A DNA stretch of 64,000 nucleotides from an uncultured Gammaproteobacteria bacterium (GTDB lineage Bacteria > Patescibacteriota > Patescibacteriia > UBA1558 > 2-01-FULL-52-15). The stretch is taken from assembly GCA_964402565.1 (NCBI GenBank), contig CAYOCJ010000001.1, forward strand, positions 96,079-160,078. Reading direction: 5' to 3'. Below the pieces are notes generated by a model. It searched no databases. It was given only the letters and a program-made list of their open reading frames with translations, and was not told where the DNA came from. Shown piece by piece: positions 55,376-64,000 of this stretch; the first letter of the stretch is position 1; every line of letters begins with the position of its first letter. The translations under genes were made by a program, and so were the position numbers.

Positions 55376-56581
55376 ATGCATACGTATCTCTGTATTTTAG
55401 GCCGCACACCAGAATTATCCATTGAAGAGCTATTGATCGTTGCGCGGAAGATAGGACATGTTGTTGAGGCAACTCCGCAGGCCGTGGTGCTGCAGGGATC
55501 TTTTGATCCTGTCGCATTGCTCTCACGGCTGGGCGGCACTATCAAGATTGCGCGAGTAGAGGAGACTATCGACCTCTGGAATAGGCTGACCAAGGATATA
55601 TGGCTTCGCATACTGCGAAGCGAATTGCACGATGTGCATGGAAAATTTTTGTTCGGCTATAGCGTGTATGGTGCCCCTGAACAGGCCAAAAAGCAATTCT
55701 ATGCACTCGGGCTTTCGCTCAAGAAACATCTGAAAGCCGCGAGGATCTCAGCCAGATTGGTCAGCTCGAAAGAGGATGCATTGTCATCGGTCGTCGTCAG
55801 AAAAAATAATCTCATCGGCCGCGAGCTGATCGTAGTACAGGGCCAGAAATGTTATCTCGGAAGAACGCTTGCGGTGCAGGATTTTGATTCATATGGCCTG
55901 CGTGATTACGGGCGTCCGTCGAGAAATATGGAACGCGGTTTGCTGCCGCCGAAACTGGCGCAAATTTTATTGAACCTTGCAGAGATTACCCATGAGTCAA
56001 GGCTTCTGGATCCTTTTTGCGGAGGCGGCACGGTAGTTCAGGAAGCGTTGCTCATGGGATTGACCAAGGTCTATGGCAGCGACATCGACCCGAAGGCGAT
56101 CGATGAGACCAAAAAAAATATTTCCTGGCTCTCTGAACAGTTCAAATTGCCTTCTCCGCACCTGTCAGCAGCGGATGCATTGGAGCTCTCCAAAGCATAT
56201 ACTGGACAAACATTCGATGCGATAGTAACTGAACCTTTTTTGGGCCCTGCTCGCATCTTACGCCAAAAAAGTTTTACCCGATCAGATCTGCAGCGTATTG
56301 TTTCTGATATTGGCCGCTTATACCATGATTTTTTCAGTTCAATGGCCGCAGTTTCTCATCCAGGCACCATAGCAGTCGTAGTTTTTCCGGTCATAGATCT
56401 CTTTGGTTCTCGTTATGAGGTTGGAGATTTTGCACAATTGGAGCATTTTGGGTGGAAATTACAGGATCCTGAGGTTACGCATAGGATTTCTCGGCCAAAA
56501 CTCTCTTCTCGCGGCCAATTGTTATATGCACGCGAGGACCAGATCGTATTGCGGGAAATAACCGTTTGGAAGAAGGTCTAA
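55376..56581 (+). CDS. THUMP-like N-terminal domain plus class I RNA methyltransferase (Trm11/RlmL-like)
   Basis: LLDPFCGGGTVVQEA is the xDPFCGSGT-type SAM motif I of RNA N2-G/N6-A methyltransferases. VTEPFLG is motif-IV-like. Confidence 0.45.
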   Translation: MHTYLCILGRTPELSIEELLIVARKIGHVVEATPQAVVLQGSFDPVALLSRLGGTIKIARVEETIDLWNRLTKDIWLRILRSELHDVHGKFLFGYSVYGAPEQAKKQFYALGLSLKKHLKAARISARLVSSKEDALSSVVVRKNNLIGRELIVVQGQKCYLGRTLAVQDFDSYGLRDYGRPSRNMERGLLPPKLAQILLNLAEITHESRLLDPFCGGGTVVQEALLMGLTKVYGSDIDPKAIDETKKNISWLSEQFKLPSPHLSAADALELSKAYTGQTFDAIVTEPFLGPARILRQKSFTRSDLQRIVSDIGRLYHDFFSSMAAVSHPGTIAVVVFPVIDLFGSRYEVGDFAQLEHFGWKLQDPEVTHRISRPKLSSRGQLLYAREDQIVLREITVWKKV

Positions 56582-56678
56582 TTGTTTGTCGATCAGGCCT
56601 TACTATGGTATACTATTTATCGTATATACTTATAGTATCATCGTAGGTTAGCTAAATTCGTGAACATAGTTTGCAAGG

Positions 56679-58058
56679 ATGGAAGAAAATAAAAATCAAA
56701 CGATATCTGCTGCACCGGATGACATTGTCGTCAAAGATCTTGACGGCAATTTTAAGGTTTTGAGTGACGGGGAGCTGAAAGATCTGGATGATCTCCTGTC
56801 ATCGACTCAAAGTGCCGCTACCATACCTCAGATCTCGAGCGTAAATCCGCCGCATGGAGGCGCCTTGGATTTTCCGAAATTCACCGACCTGGCGGCCGTC
56901 CCCGTAAATGAGCATTTTGAGGACCCTGCTGTTGCAAAAAAAGGCACTACGATCGCTGAGCACCAATTTCATCCAGACGACCAGGATGAAGTAGAGCGGG
57001 AGCTTGAGAAACTGAACACCGTTTTCGGATTGTCTCAGCAAAAGCAGTACAGCATCGTTAAGATCGCCCAAAAACTTGTCGATAAGCACGGATTGAAATT
57101 ATCTGAGAAGGATTTCATGACCTTCCAGAAGATCGTTTTGTCATATTTCAGGCAAGCGCGCAGTTCGGTAGAAACCAGGGCAATGTTTACCATGACCGTT
57201 GAAAGCGGCGGCGTAGGGATCAATTCCGATACGGCAGATCATATGATCGCGGTATTGAAACATCTTAAGTTAAAGATCGAAGAAACAGACGGCATTGTAG
57301 TAGAAGTAGATGACGCAATGCCGAGCATGGCGCAACCAGCTCCTGCTCCGCAGAACATGCCTGAGCCGAAACCAAGGCCAATGCCTCAGCCAGAGATGAA
57401 GCCGGCAATGGCCCCGATCCAGACCGCTACCCCTCCTGCACAGCCACTGAAGACTGTTGCTCCTATTGCAGCTGCGCCGATCCAGGAGAAAAAACCTGAG
57501 CCTATCATGCCGCCTGCGACCCCGATGAGCCCGCCGCAACCTACACCAGCAGGAATGCCTGAAGTTAAACCCGCACAGAATCCAGCCCCGGCAATACAGC
57601 CGATACCGGAAGCGCCGCAACCAGCCGTCGTCGCAGAAGAAATGCCAAAGATGAATCGACCGCAGATCCCTTCGTTCAAGCCTCCGATCGTCGAAATAAA
57701 GCGCCCGCAGTCCAATGCGGTCCGTTCAGGCAAACCAACCGGACGCGTCGAAGAATTGGCGCTCATGGACCTGGCGACATGGCGCATGCTTGACCCAGAT
57801 CCGCGCATTCGCGCAGGCAAGATCCTTGGCAAAATCCAGAACCTTGAGCAAGAATCGCTGACCAGGAAAAGCCAGGGCATCCAGGCATGGCGTTCGAATG
57901 AGGTCTATCAATATTACCTGATGATCGGGCAGATGAGCCTGGAGCATAAAAAAGAAGTGGCCGAGATCATTCAATCAATGATGCAGGAGGGACAGCAGAC
58001 GCTGACCTTGGATGAATTTGAAGCGGTCTCTGATCTGAACAGAATGTTACGCTACTAG
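56679..58058 (+). CDS. hypothetical protein with a central Pro-rich linker, first gene of the T4SS-like operon
   Basis: 459 aa. A ~110-aa P/A/Q-rich low-complexity region separates two globular parts. It ends 1 nt before the next gene. Confidence 0.4.
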   Translation: MEENKNQTISAAPDDIVVKDLDGNFKVLSDGELKDLDDLLSSTQSAATIPQISSVNPPHGGALDFPKFTDLAAVPVNEHFEDPAVAKKGTTIAEHQFHPDDQDEVERELEKLNTVFGLSQQKQYSIVKIAQKLVDKHGLKLSEKDFMTFQKIVLSYFRQARSSVETRAMFTMTVESGGVGINSDTADHMIAVLKHLKLKIEETDGIVVEVDDAMPSMAQPAPAPQNMPEPKPRPMPQPEMKPAMAPIQTATPPAQPLKTVAPIAAAPIQEKKPEPIMPPATPMSPPQPTPAGMPEVKPAQNPAPAIQPIPEAPQPAVVAEEMPKMNRPQIPSFKPPIVEIKRPQSNAVRSGKPTGRVEELALMDLATWRMLDPDPRIRAGKILGKIQNLEQESLTRKSQGIQAWRSNEVYQYYLMIGQMSLEHKKEVAEIIQSMMQEGQQTLTLDEFEAVSDLNRMLRY

Positions 58059-58059
58059 T

Positions 58060-58524
58060 ATGCAGAAATTTATCGTTCCGCAATTCATCGATGTAGAAAG
58101 CAAGATCTTAGGACCGATCACGGTCCGGCAGTTCGCGACGGTGGCCGTTGGCATGATCTTCATGTTCGCAGCGTATAAGCTTGCAGATTTTTCGCTGTTC
58201 CTGGTCTGGACCGTGGTCATTCTCGGAGCAACATTGCTGTTCGCTTTTTTTAAATTCAACGGCTTGCCGTTCCACATTTTCATGCTGAACATGATCTCTA
58301 CCTATAAGCGGCCCATGCTCCGCGTATGGCTGAAAGAGGAGTATAGAGGCTCGAGAGATGCAAAGAGCAAGGCAGCGAAAGGGAAAGAAGAAAAGTATCT
58401 GGTCCCGAAGAAGGAATTTTCATCTGAGAAATTGTCTGAATTAGCCTTGATCATCGATACCGGCGGCATCTATAAGGGTGAAGCTGAAGCAAACCGCATC
58501 AATAGATCAATGTACGTAAAATAG
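58060..58524 (+). CDS. PrgI/VirB3-like small membrane protein
   Basis: MQKFIVPQFIDVESKILGPITVRQFATVAVG followed by two TM helices. Its position is immediately upstream of VirB4. Confidence 0.45.
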   Translation: MQKFIVPQFIDVESKILGPITVRQFATVAVGMIFMFAAYKLADFSLFLVWTVVILGATLLFAFFKFNGLPFHIFMLNMISTYKRPMLRVWLKEEYRGSRDAKSKAAKGKEEKYLVPKKEFSSEKLSELALIIDTGGIYKGEAEANRINRSMYVK

Positions 58525-58531
58525 AACTCCG

Positions 58532-59212
58532 ATGAAGAGCAAGAAATTACAAGGCAATAAACCGAAGATCTCAACACAGCGTTTTTTGGATATTGCTGAG
58601 ATCCGTGACGATATGGTGGTCATGAAGGACGGCACGGTGCGCGCGGTGCTCATGGTGTCTTCGGTGAACTTCGATCTGAAGTCTGAAGAGGAGCAGAATG
58701 CTATGGTCGGATCCTATGTTCAGTTCTTAAATTCATTGCAGTTCCCGCTGCAGATCGTCGTACAGTCCAGGCCGCTCAATATTGACGAGTATATCCAGCG
58801 TCTGATCGTGACAGAGCGTGAGCATTCGAATGAGCTGCTGCGCATGCAGACGGCAGATTATCGCAATTTCGTCGACGATCTCGTGCATCTCGAGAAGATC
58901 ATGAGCAAGAAGTTCTTTATCGTCGTGCCCTATGCTCCCGGACAGGACAATAAATTGAAATTCACTGACCGCTTTATGGGTTTGTTCTCGACTGCTAAAG
59001 CAGTGACCCTGAGCCGCAAGAAATTCGAGAACTATGCGCGCGAATTGAATAAACGGTCCCTTTTCATATATTCAGGTACGACCAGTATGGGCCTGACCTC
59101 ACGCCGTTTGAATACGCAGGCGCTGATCGAGCTGTACTACAATAGTTATAATCCGGCATTGTCCCAGAACGAGCAGCTCGCAGATATTAATCAATTATCG
59201 ATCGACGAATAA
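58532..59212 (+). CDS. VirB4/TrbE-family ATPase, N-terminal domain (separate ORF)
   Basis: FLDIAEIRDDMVVMKDGTVRAVLMVSSVNFDLKSEEEQNAMVGSYVQFLNSL matches the CagE/TrbE/VirB4 N-terminal region. It ends in TAA overlapping the next ATG (TAATG) in a different frame. Confidence 0.55.
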   Translation: MKSKKLQGNKPKISTQRFLDIAEIRDDMVVMKDGTVRAVLMVSSVNFDLKSEEEQNAMVGSYVQFLNSLQFPLQIVVQSRPLNIDEYIQRLIVTEREHSNELLRMQTADYRNFVDDLVHLEKIMSKKFFIVVPYAPGQDNKLKFTDRFMGLFSTAKAVTLSRKKFENYARELNKRSLFIYSGTTSMGLTSRRLNTQALIELYYNSYNPALSQNEQLADINQLSIDE

Positions 59213-61131
59213 TGTTCAAGCCAAACGAAGCTATAGCAACCAAAAAGCAGGACGACCAGCCGATTCTGTCGTTTGAAGAGCAGAAGGCGATCGGGCAAGA
59301 CAGGGCAGAGACAGAAGCGGAATTGTTGCTCGCTGAAAAGGCCTTTCGAGAAGGCGTTGTTTCGATTACGGATATCATAGCGCCGGCCGCTTTCAAGGTG
59401 GACTCGAGTTTTATACGCTTAGGCGATCAATTTGTCCGTACGCTATTCGTTGTGGCATACCCCCGCTACATTACGATCGGCTGGTTCGCGCCGATCATCA
59501 ACTTTAGTTTGGCACTCGATATTGCCATGTTCTTCTATCCGGTCGACAGCGCCATCATTTTGAAAAAATTGCGCAACAAGGTCGGTGCCATCGAAGCACA
59601 GATCTCATCCGATCTTGAGAAAGGCGCTCCGCGCGATCCGGTCCAGGAAACAGCCTTGCGTGACATTGAATCCTTGCGCGACTCTTTGAGTCAGGGCACT
59701 GAACGCTTCTTCAAATTTGCTCTCTATATAACGCTCTATTGCAAGTCGAAAGAAGAGCTGGATACAAATACGGATAAGATCGAAAGCACGTTGGGAGCAT
59801 ACCTGGTTCTCTCACGGCGCGCTCTGTGGCAGGCTGAGCAGGGATTTAATTCTACGCTGCCTTTGGGTAATGATGAGATCGCGATCGCGAATAATATGTC
59901 GTCATCGCCTGCGGCGGCTTCATTTCCATTCATATCATCCGAACTCACGTCGGATAATGGCATCATGTACGGCATCAATCGCCATAATAATAGCCTGATC
60001 ATTTTTGATCGTTTTAGTTTGCAGAACGCGAACTCGGTTGTGTTCGCGACATCCGGCGCAGGCAAAAGTTATACCATCAAATTGGAAGTGCTTCGCAGCA
60101 TGATGTTGAATACTGATGTTATTTGCATAGATCCTGAGAAAGAGTATCTGCATTTATCCGATGCGGTAGGCGGAACCTACGTGAACCTGTCGCTCAACTC
60201 AGAAAGTAAATTGAATCCATTCGATTTGCCTACAAATTTAGGCGACAGCAAACCTGAGGATGTTCTCAGAAGCGCTGTCATTACTTTGAAGGGTTTGATC
60301 CGGCTCATGGTCGGGGAGTTGACCCATGATGAAGACTCGATCGTCGACCGCGCATTGCTCGAAACGTATGCAAAGAAAGACATCAGCTCGACGAGCGACT
60401 GGTCGAAAGCGGAAATGCCTCTGATGGCTGACTTTGAGCAGATTCTTGCCGGCATGATCGGCGGAGAAGATCTGGCATTGCGTGTCAAAAAATTCACTCA
60501 AGGAACGTTTTCTGGATTGTTCAACAGCAGGACGAATGTCGACATCAATAACCAGCTTGTCGTCTTCAGTGTTCGAGACCTGGAAGACGAATTGAGGCCT
60601 ATAGCCATCTATACCATCGTCAACTATATCTGGAATGTAGTCCGCTCGCATGTGAAGAAACGCATTCTCGTTATCGACGAAGCGTGGTGGCTGATGCAGC
60701 ATGAAGATTCAGCGAAATTTATTTATGCGTTGGTGAAGCGCTGCAGAAAATACTATCTCGGGGTGACGACTATCACCCAGGATGTGAACGACTTCCTGCG
60801 CTCGCCCTATGGCCAGGCCATCGTTACCAATTCGAGCATGCAGATCCTACTGAAGCAATCGCCGGCATCAGTGGCGCTCATTCAGAAAACATTCATTTTG
60901 ACCGAGGGTGAGAAATATTTGTTGCTGGAATCAGGAGTGGGCGAAGGCATTTTCTTTGCCGGCAACAAACATGCAGCTATCAAGGTGCTTGCCTCATATA
61001 CCGAAGACCAGATCATCACGTCAGATCCGAAGCAGCTCCTGCAGATCGAAGAATCAAAGAAGGAGTTTAAGCAGGCAATGCAATTGCAGCAGGCAGGCAG
61101 CGAGCCTGAGCCGGCACCAGCTAAAACATAA
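59212..61131 (+). CDS. VirB4/TrbE-family conjugative ATPase, C-terminal ATPase portion
   Basis: VVFATSGAGKSYTIKLE is Walker A. KRILVIDEAWWLM is Walker B. The N-terminal segment DIIAPAAFKVDSSFIRLGDQFVRTLFVVAYP is typical of VirB4. Confidence 0.7.
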   Translation: MFKPNEAIATKKQDDQPILSFEEQKAIGQDRAETEAELLLAEKAFREGVVSITDIIAPAAFKVDSSFIRLGDQFVRTLFVVAYPRYITIGWFAPIINFSLALDIAMFFYPVDSAIILKKLRNKVGAIEAQISSDLEKGAPRDPVQETALRDIESLRDSLSQGTERFFKFALYITLYCKSKEELDTNTDKIESTLGAYLVLSRRALWQAEQGFNSTLPLGNDEIAIANNMSSSPAAASFPFISSELTSDNGIMYGINRHNNSLIIFDRFSLQNANSVVFATSGAGKSYTIKLEVLRSMMLNTDVICIDPEKEYLHLSDAVGGTYVNLSLNSESKLNPFDLPTNLGDSKPEDVLRSAVITLKGLIRLMVGELTHDEDSIVDRALLETYAKKDISSTSDWSKAEMPLMADFEQILAGMIGGEDLALRVKKFTQGTFSGLFNSRTNVDINNQLVVFSVRDLEDELRPIAIYTIVNYIWNVVRSHVKKRILVIDEAWWLMQHEDSAKFIYALVKRCRKYYLGVTTITQDVNDFLRSPYGQAIVTNSSMQILLKQSPASVALIQKTFILTEGEKYLLLESGVGEGIFFAGNKHAAIKVLASYTEDQIITSDPKQLLQIEESKKEFKQAMQLQQAGSEPEPAPAKT

Positions 61132-61136
61132 CGACT

Positions 61137-61727
61137 ATGCAACAAGGACAAGGCAAATACAATAAAAATAGATTGCTCGCGCTCGGCGTGCTGATACTTC
61201 TGATCATCATTATTTTGTTGCTCATCTGGTGGTGGTTTATACCGCATGGCAACGGTATTCCGGGACCAAAACCGACAGCGACAGAGCCTGCTCACGATAC
61301 GGTCGTATTGCCGATACAAAAACCAGCCCCAGCGCCTGCTCCGGAGCCAACGCCTGCTGTAGTGCCAGGGGAAACTGAAGTTCGCTCGCTTGCGCGCAAT
61401 TTCACCGAACGGTACGGCAGCTGGTCTACCGACAGCAATTTCCAGAATTTGAAGGATCTATTCCCGCGTGTCACTGCGCGATTGAAAGCCTCGTTCCAGA
61501 GAACCATTGACTCATCATCAGCTCCGACTGAGTTCAAGAGCGCCGAGACGAGAGTGTTGCAGATCGATATCAAATCGCTTACCGACTCGAAAGCAGATGT
61601 CTTGGTCACTGCTCAGCAAACGACGCGCAATGACAAGCTTGAGTCGCAGGACAGCTTTGTGAAGCTCGCATTAACCATGGTGAAAGATGGACAGTTTTGG
61701 TACGTAGATAGTGCCGAGTGGAAATAA
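61137..61727 (+). CDS. membrane-anchored protein with Pro-rich linker and ~120-aa globular domain (VirB8-like by position)
   Basis: One N-terminal TM helix LLALGVLILLIIIILLLIWWWFI, a PAPAPAPEP linker, and a C-terminal domain ending FWYVDSAEWK. The VirB8 call rests on position and topology only. Confidence 0.3.
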   Translation: MQQGQGKYNKNRLLALGVLILLIIIILLLIWWWFIPHGNGIPGPKPTATEPAHDTVVLPIQKPAPAPAPEPTPAVVPGETEVRSLARNFTERYGSWSTDSNFQNLKDLFPRVTARLKASFQRTIDSSSAPTEFKSAETRVLQIDIKSLTDSKADVLVTAQQTTRNDKLESQDSFVKLALTMVKDGQFWYVDSAEWK

Positions 61728-61742
61728 CAACGATCAGCATTT

Positions 61743-62288
61743 ATGGCAGAAGCAGCACAGACTTTACCCCAATATGATGTCGTTGAGCGAGACATTGAAG
61801 AAGCTCAGCGAGCTCGTGAATTGCGGATGCAACGGCTCAGGACAGGTACATTTCGAGCAGAGCAGGGGCGGCAGAACGCATTCGGAGGTGCAGCTCAGGC
61901 TGCGCAGCATCTGCAGCAGATCAAAAAAAGCATCAGGAATATACGGAATATTACCACTGCGCTTGGTGCTGTGGCTTCGTTCACTGTGATCGGAATCTTA
62001 TGGACATTGTTACAATGGAATCTACAAATGGTTTGGCAGGTATTTCATCTTCCTGGCCATGATTACTTCGGACTCTCCTGGTGGCTGATACCGATCGTCT
62101 TGTTAGCCGATGTTCTTATTTTTATTCTTTACATCACCCTCACACTTATTGCTTATTTTTACGCGCATCCCGGGAGTGCTGCCTGTGCTGTTCCTGAACT
62201 TGCAAAAACCTTCAGCAGCAGCGGCATGTTCGGCTTCATCAAGTCATTAGGCTTATCAATCGTAGAGTGGACATGCACAGTGCTTTGA
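61743..62288 (+). CDS. hypothetical 3-4 TM membrane protein
   Basis: 181 aa with a charged N-terminal ~75 aa, then hydrophobic helices. Confidence 0.35.
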   Translation: MAEAAQTLPQYDVVERDIEEAQRARELRMQRLRTGTFRAEQGRQNAFGGAAQAAQHLQQIKKSIRNIRNITTALGAVASFTVIGILWTLLQWNLQMVWQVFHLPGHDYFGLSWWLIPIVLLADVLIFILYITLTLIAYFYAHPGSAACAVPELAKTFSSSGMFGFIKSLGLSIVEWTCTVL

Positions 62289-62292
62289 TCAT

Positions 62293-63525
62293 ATGGATAG
62301 AAAAAGAATAGCTTTGATCGTTTTATTCGTAGTCTCCATTGCTATATTTGGCTGGGGTTTGTATTCGTTTTTTTTCAAAGGCATCATTCCCGGCAATGAA
62401 ACGAATGGGAATGCCAATACCGTAGGCGTATTGCCGATACCGGGGCAAGGAGGACCCGGCCATGCGAATGAAAATCAAAACCAGCCCATACAGCTGCCTG
62501 GTTTTTCGACGACCATCGATGTTACAGCACCGACAGACATTGCCCAAGGCGGCTATACGAAGGTCGTTGATTATGGTGATACGAAAGTGGACGATTTTAC
62601 CTCGGGAGCCGAGGGGGCCTATTTCTATAATAAAGACGCCGGGCTTTTCTTTAAAGTGGACGGCGGCAAAAGCACCCCGCTCTCGGATAAGAAATTTTTT
62701 GACGTTGATAAAGTGACGTGGTCCAAGGATCAGAACAAGGCTATCATGGAATACCCTGATGGTTCGAATGTCGTGTATGATTTTAAGACCGATAAGCAAG
62801 TGACCTTGCCGAAAGAACTGACCGATTTTTCGTTCTCGCCCCAGGGCGACGCTATCGCCGGGAAATGGATGGGCAAAACGAATGACGAGAATTGGCTCAT
62901 GGTCGGCGATGCGAATGGCGGAAATTTCCAGCTTATCGAACCATTAGGCGATCGCGGGAACAATGTCCAAGTAGATTTTTCGAACAATAATCAGATCGTG
63001 GCACTGGTGAGAGACCCGGTCGATGCGAATACCCAGAGCGTCTTGCCCATCGGATTGAATGGCGAGAATTTTCCTGCGTTCAATGTCGAGGGTTTAAAGT
63101 TCGAGAGCAAATGGGCGCCGACGGATAATGCTCTTCTCTATAATGTTTCCACGCAGGACAATAACTATAATCCAAAACTATTGATCACGAGCGGCGACGC
63201 AGAGACATTAGGCACGAGTCATTTGGACCTGGAATTGAATACCTGGGCCAATAAGTGCACCTTCAACGCATCATCAACATCGATATACTGTGCAGAGCCG
63301 ACCAGTTTGCCGCGCGGTTCCGGGTTGTATCCGGAGCTCGCGAAAGGCATACCGGATGTTTTTTATCGTATCGATCTCCGCAGCGGCCAGAAGATCCCCT
63401 TAGCGGTACCGGTGGGCAACCGTTCGTCGTATAGCGCCTCGTCTGTCTTTTTATCCCAAGATGAATCATCGTTGTATTTCGTTGATGAAGTGACGAATCA
63501 GCTGCATTCGATACGTTTACGATGA
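62293..63525 (+). CDS. membrane-anchored protein with a probable beta-propeller (TolB-like) ectodomain
   Basis: N-terminal TM helix. Repeated motifs of the FSFSPQGDAIAG and VDFSNNNQIVALV kind. Confidence 0.4.
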   Translation: MDRKRIALIVLFVVSIAIFGWGLYSFFFKGIIPGNETNGNANTVGVLPIPGQGGPGHANENQNQPIQLPGFSTTIDVTAPTDIAQGGYTKVVDYGDTKVDDFTSGAEGAYFYNKDAGLFFKVDGGKSTPLSDKKFFDVDKVTWSKDQNKAIMEYPDGSNVVYDFKTDKQVTLPKELTDFSFSPQGDAIAGKWMGKTNDENWLMVGDANGGNFQLIEPLGDRGNNVQVDFSNNNQIVALVRDPVDANTQSVLPIGLNGENFPAFNVEGLKFESKWAPTDNALLYNVSTQDNNYNPKLLITSGDAETLGTSHLDLELNTWANKCTFNASSTSIYCAEPTSLPRGSGLYPELAKGIPDVFYRIDLRSGQKIPLAVPVGNRSSYSASSVFLSQDESSLYFVDEVTNQLHSIRLR

Positions 63526-64000
63526 TGAAGAGGTTCTTTGTTGCAGTCCTGATATGCAGTGTCCTGGCGATCGCAGCTATTGTCGGTATCAACATTTTGG
63601 AACAGCCATCAGCCGATAAGCAGCCGGCACAGCAACAACCAGCATTGACCGCAAATGACACTGATCCGTCGCAAGGCCCTCGCGATGCCAAAGTGACGGT
63701 GATGCAATTCGGCTCTTTCAATTGCCCGGCCTGTAAGACAGCAGCTACCCAGATGGACCAGCTCAGGGCTCTGTTTCCAGAGCAGGTAAGGATCGTGTGG
63801 AAAGACCTGCCTGAAGAAACCGGATTTCCGTATCAGGCCGCTATCGCAGCACGCTGTGCGCAGCAACAGGGGAAATTCTGGCAATACCACGACCTCTTAT
63901 ATGAAAAACAGGATCTCATAGCTTCTCGAGCGCTGTATACGGTCTGGGCGAAGGATCTTGGAATACTGACAGAGCGCTTCGATACATGTCTTGATAAAGA
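63522..64000 (+). CDS. DsbA-like thiol-disulfide oxidoreductase, 3' partial
   Basis: Translated by hand. MMKRFFVAVLICSVLAIAA is signal or anchor, then VTVMQFGSFNCPACKTAATQ carries the CPAC active site. The ORF runs off the window and overlaps the upstream stop (ATGA). Confidence 0.55.
   Translation, partial: MMKRFFVAVLICSVLAIAAIVGINILEQPSADKQPAQQQPALTANDTDPSQGPRDAKVTVMQFGSFNCPACKTAATQMDQLRALFPEQVRIVWKDLPEETGFPYQAAIAARCAQQQGKFWQYHDLLYEKQDLIASRALYTVWAKDLGILTERFDTCLDK

Noticed and set aside
1-64000. CRISPR arrays, rRNA, transposases or integrases
   Set aside because: I looked for regularly spaced direct repeats and for DDE or tyrosine-recombinase motifs in all ORFs and found none. The palindromes at 3955, 4675 and 4774 are single inverted repeats, not arrays.

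Overview
This is a bacterial chromosomal window of about 64 kb, densely coded, with no rRNA, CRISPR array or obvious transposase. I recognise five blocks:

- **1..4700:** a 5'-truncated thioredoxin-fold oxidoreductase, a histidine phosphatase, tRNA-Ala(CGC), two small ORFs, a compact MetK, and a Nudix plus winged-helix regulator of NrtR type. Two related palindromes lie at this regulator's 5' and 3' ends.
- **~4870..19630:** a compositionally distinct island, about 60% GC by eye against about 45-50% elsewhere. It holds a PP2C phosphatase, an atypical protein kinase and a vWA protein (a TerY-P-like triad, meaning vWA + PP2C + kinase). It then holds an almost complete NAD recycling and salvage set, including several unusual fusions: nicotinamidase-like isochorismatase, NadD-NadK fusion, ADP-ribosylglycohydrolase, Nudix ADP-ribose pyrophosphatase, PncB, a Prs-like PRPP synthetase, glutamine-dependent NadE, and a NadR-type kinase fused to a CYTH domain.
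- **~20600..38500:** a peptidoglycan and housekeeping block. It holds MurF, MurE, a PP-loop domain fused to MurD, a SpoU methyltransferase, GDPD, a GT-C-like membrane protein, an M23/LysM peptidase, LeuRS carrying an inserted Ham1/RdgB-like module, TsaC, an MFS-like transporter and KsgA.
- **38630..53241:** a tightly coupled operon. It holds an Asp-repeat membrane anchor, a 3341-aa Cys-rich secreted giant protein, a VirB6/TrbL-like polytopic membrane protein and a hypothetical protein.
- **53325..64000:** efp, rpsR, ssb and rpsF on the minus strand, an RNA methyltransferase, then an eight-gene type-IV-secretion-like operon ending in a DsbA-like oxidoreductase at the window edge. It holds a PrgI/VirB3-like protein, a VirB4 split into two ORFs at a TAATG junction, and a VirB8-like anchor. 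No VirD4 or relaxase was seen.

All functional calls come from motif recognition by eye. No searches were run. The giant protein, the compact MetK and the T4SS-like genes suggest a reduced-genome, possibly episymbiotic bacterium such as the CPR/Patescibacteria lineage (Candidate Phyla Radiation), but this is unproven.
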